Part shown: positions 61,050 through 64,000 of the stretch, piece after piece
Position numbering within the stretch: the first letter of the stretch is position 1
How the letters are laid out: the number at the start of each line of letters is the position of its first letter
Source of the DNA: Marsupella aquatica
Lineage: Eukaryota; Plantae; Marchantiophyta
Reading direction: 5' to 3'
NCBI GenBank assembly: GCA_973895155.1
Contig: OZ316894.1
Span: 18,948,805 to 19,012,804, forward strand
Length of the DNA stretch: 64,000 nucleotides
Position numbers and translations under genes: made by a program
The notes under the pieces: generated by a model
What the model was told of the DNA's origin: nothing
Databases searched by the model: none
What the model saw: the letters and a program-made list of their open reading frames with translations, nothing else

Positions 61050-62064
61050 GCACTCACCCGGTGGGCATGAGTTGTAGATGGTAGGACCAGTCCCTTGGAC
61101 TTGATCAAAAACGGAGAGACCAGTCGGTAGACTTGATCAAAAAGTACACTTCCGGGAGCGGAATCAAACATACTCATCCTTAGGTGTGAAAATCCTTCAA
61201 ATAGCGTCCCTCCACGACCCCGTAATACGATACCAACGGTTTAAGCGAAGAAAAGTACGGTTTGCACGTATTAATCGTTGGATAGGCAAGTGACAAGGAA
61301 GCATTGAATGCCTGTCTGCTTCGATAATAGTCATCCTGTTGCTCCTTAATACTCCCAAAGCGCATTTCCTTGGTTCATGCCCATGAATCCTCCACATTGC
61401 GAACTACTGGCAACACTAACTTCCAGAAACCTGCTAGGAAAGCAAGACTTGAATAAGCTCACAAAATGACTGATCCATCTGTTTAATTGTTAGGTGTAGT
61501 GCAAACATGGATTAAAAAATATTCAGTAATTCACTCTAAACAAGCTTTAGCAATTTCTAATATGGCTTACACCTAGATTAGTATTGTACAATGAGCTGCC
61601 ACTATGACAGAGGGCAATTGAACCCCTCAGTATTATAACGTAAAGCTCAAATTGCCAATCCATCACCCTTATTCTATCCCCTCCATACCTACTAATAAAC
61701 AACTCCAACAATCACCAATGTAGCCAAACTTCACCTAAATTAATTTGAGCATATACCTGGTTGCCTGTTTCCACCTTTCATGGTTATGTTCACACTCGTT
61801 ATCACAATCTTAGTATTCAAATTGTGCTCCCATCTTACCAATACATCTATACCAATTTAATAGTGATTAAAAAATTGATTGTCCTTGCAATAGGAGTAGC
61901 TCAAGAGGTTAACACTGAAATTTTAAAATGCCACTTGCAAGTATGAGCCTAATTAAAACACCCATATTTGCTGTTGAAAGTGCATGTTGAATACAGATAA
62001 TGGTGGGCCAATGGAACCATCTCAACTTGAGTTGCCTGTCTAAGAAGCCCATCAGAGTGGTGCT

Positions 62065-64000
62065 TGTTAGGATTTACTCTTAGGTCTGGAGTTACGACTG
62101 TACCATAGTTAAGGCTAACCTTAATTGCAGACTTGGTTAGGTTAATCATGTTGTGCACACTCTATAACCAAGTGGTGTTTGCTTGGAGAGGTGGAACTCA
62201 GGCTCATTCTTACAGAGCTAGTTGAGAGATAGAGAGAGCTTGTGTTGTGGATGCTTGGTATGGCCGGTCGGCCTAGAGTGCAGTAAAGCTCTTGTGTGTT
62301 CCCGTGGACGTAGCCTCATGTGGAGGTAAACCACGTATCTCTCGGTGTCGACTCTTGTGCGTTGGATGGTTCATGGGCTAGTCGTTGCGATTGTCGTCGA
62401 TGCTCAACAATTGGTATCAGAGCATGCTTGGGAGGTGACGAGGTCTTTTTCGTGACGGTTTTCCAGCGTTCATTGTTGGTGTTACATTCAGAGTTTCGTC
62501 GCATGAAACTCGAATGTGTGTGGCTGAACGGATAGATTAGTGAGAGGGCTTTCTAACGGTGGTTAGAACTCGCTGATCGGAATCCGTGGTGCGGAGGAAT
62601 CAAAGTTTGCTTCAATCTGGAGTTTTTTCGTGTTTGATGGTATTTTGGGGGAGAGACCAGAGATTGTTTTTTCAACGGTTTGAGTTGTGCGGTGCAGGAA
62701 GCGTTGCATGTTATAGCTCATGTTGGAGGTTAAAGCGAGTTGTTCGTTTTGGTAGCTGAGTTGCTGTCGAGTGGTTACCGAGTGCGTCTTGACAAGTGAA
62801 GGTGACGTTCAGATTTTTTCACAGGCTATGGAGCTTGTTCTCATCTGAACCGGGTTACTCGTTGTCACGTCCAACTCAGAGGAAGAAACGCAAAGTGCTA
62901 TGGCTCAATATTTTGATCGCGACAAGACGGTCATTTTGAGTCCGGGATTGGCACTTGACGCGGAGTGAGTGTGACACGACGGAAGATTTTTTCTCTGCTG
63001 AGCTCGCAAATTGTGCCGGCGCAATTTGGCAACATTTCCCCTTCGGTGGTCATCGTTTTTACTCATGGAATTGGCGGCAGCAAGCAATGTTGGATGTTGG
63101 CAAATTGTGTTTCCTACGGCAACGTAACGCGCCGCGGAGAGGTGAGGTGCGGCGGCGACCTAGGGCACAAGGAAAATGACAAAGTTAGTGAACAGTAACT
63201 TTGTCCAGGAATTGCGGCGGGATTTTTGCAGCAACAGGGTTTCAAAGGATGACTCGAGGGAGCTTTGCCCCAAGGGAGACCCGAGAGAGCCTCGCCCCAA
63301 GGGCGACCCTAAGTAGGGTCGAACCAAGGGTGACCCGAGGGAGCCTCATTTCAAGGGCGACCAAAATTTGTATAACTTTTCCATCAAAGTTTGTTTTTGA
63401 TTTTGGTCTTCAGTGTTGGACTCCTAGCTTCGTGGGCTACGCATCAATGTTCAGTTTTGAGTTTTTTGAGAAATTGTGAAAAATGACATTTTTTGTGATT
63501 TTCTCATATGAGTGATTTGGAGGAGATTTTCGAAGACGTGGAACTTGAAGCATGAGGATCACCGCAGCGGTTTGAATTAGAGAGAGAGGAGCAGGAGGAA
63601 GAGCACGTGACACCAATACCATCACCGATGCGACGAGTGGTGGAGGAAGCAGTTCTACTACCAGAGCTCACGGTAGTGCCAAAGAAGAAGATGGGTACGT
63701 TCAAGCTTGGGGGACCCAAGTATGAAGTGACGAAGTATGATGGGCGCTCTGACTACTTGCTTTGGGAGAAGCAGGTGAAGGGAGTGCTCTATGCTTCAGG
63801 GATGGGCCAACTGTTGAGCCCTCGTGAAGACGATGTTGATGAGAAACAATGGGACCGCATGCAGGAGCAGGGAGTGTGGTGTGTTACACTCTATCTCATG
63901 CCTCCCGAGATGCCTCCCATCATCAAGCAGTTGGGTGCACATAAGGACTGCATGTCCTTGTTTGCGGAATTACAGAGCAAGTATCACCGCAAGGAGTTGT
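62065..64000 (+). mobile_element. 5' part of a second Ty1/Copia element (runs off the window)
   Basis: LTR 62065-62409 ending CAACA; PBS TGGTATCAGAGC at 62412-62423; gag from about 63508 (LGGPKYEVTKYDGRSDYLLWEKQVK) similar to the gag at 39359. Confidence 0.88.

Overview
Eukaryotic, repeat-rich land-plant genomic DNA; a non-seed plant is plausible but is only an inference. The one clear host gene is an intronless WRINKLED1-like double-AP2 transcription factor (51074-52735). The left half is a nest of mobile elements. A ~29-kb EnSpm/CACTA-superfamily DNA transposon (4319-33332; imperfect CACAAGG TIRs, AAA target duplication) carries a Tnp2-type transposase and three cargo genes: a SAM-domain gene, an RPA-like OB-fold gene and a transposon-domain/SNF2-RING fusion. 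The SNF2 gene is interrupted by the most unusual object in the window, a ~10-kb Ty3/Gypsy element (22322-32303, 4-bp TSD). Its polyprotein has a DNMT3-like C5 cytosine methyltransferase between protease and RT and a PHD finger after the integrase. It also has a self-complementary (Tf1-like) primer site. Instead of two ordinary LTRs it has split direct repeats, A-[internal]-B-gc-A-B, with the integrase TG/CA ends lying inside the LTR defined by the priming sites. The right half holds a full-length Copia, a solo LTR, the 5' end of a second Copia, MITE/MULE-type foldbacks and several tandem repeats. All domain calls are by-eye motif recognition; no database searches were run.
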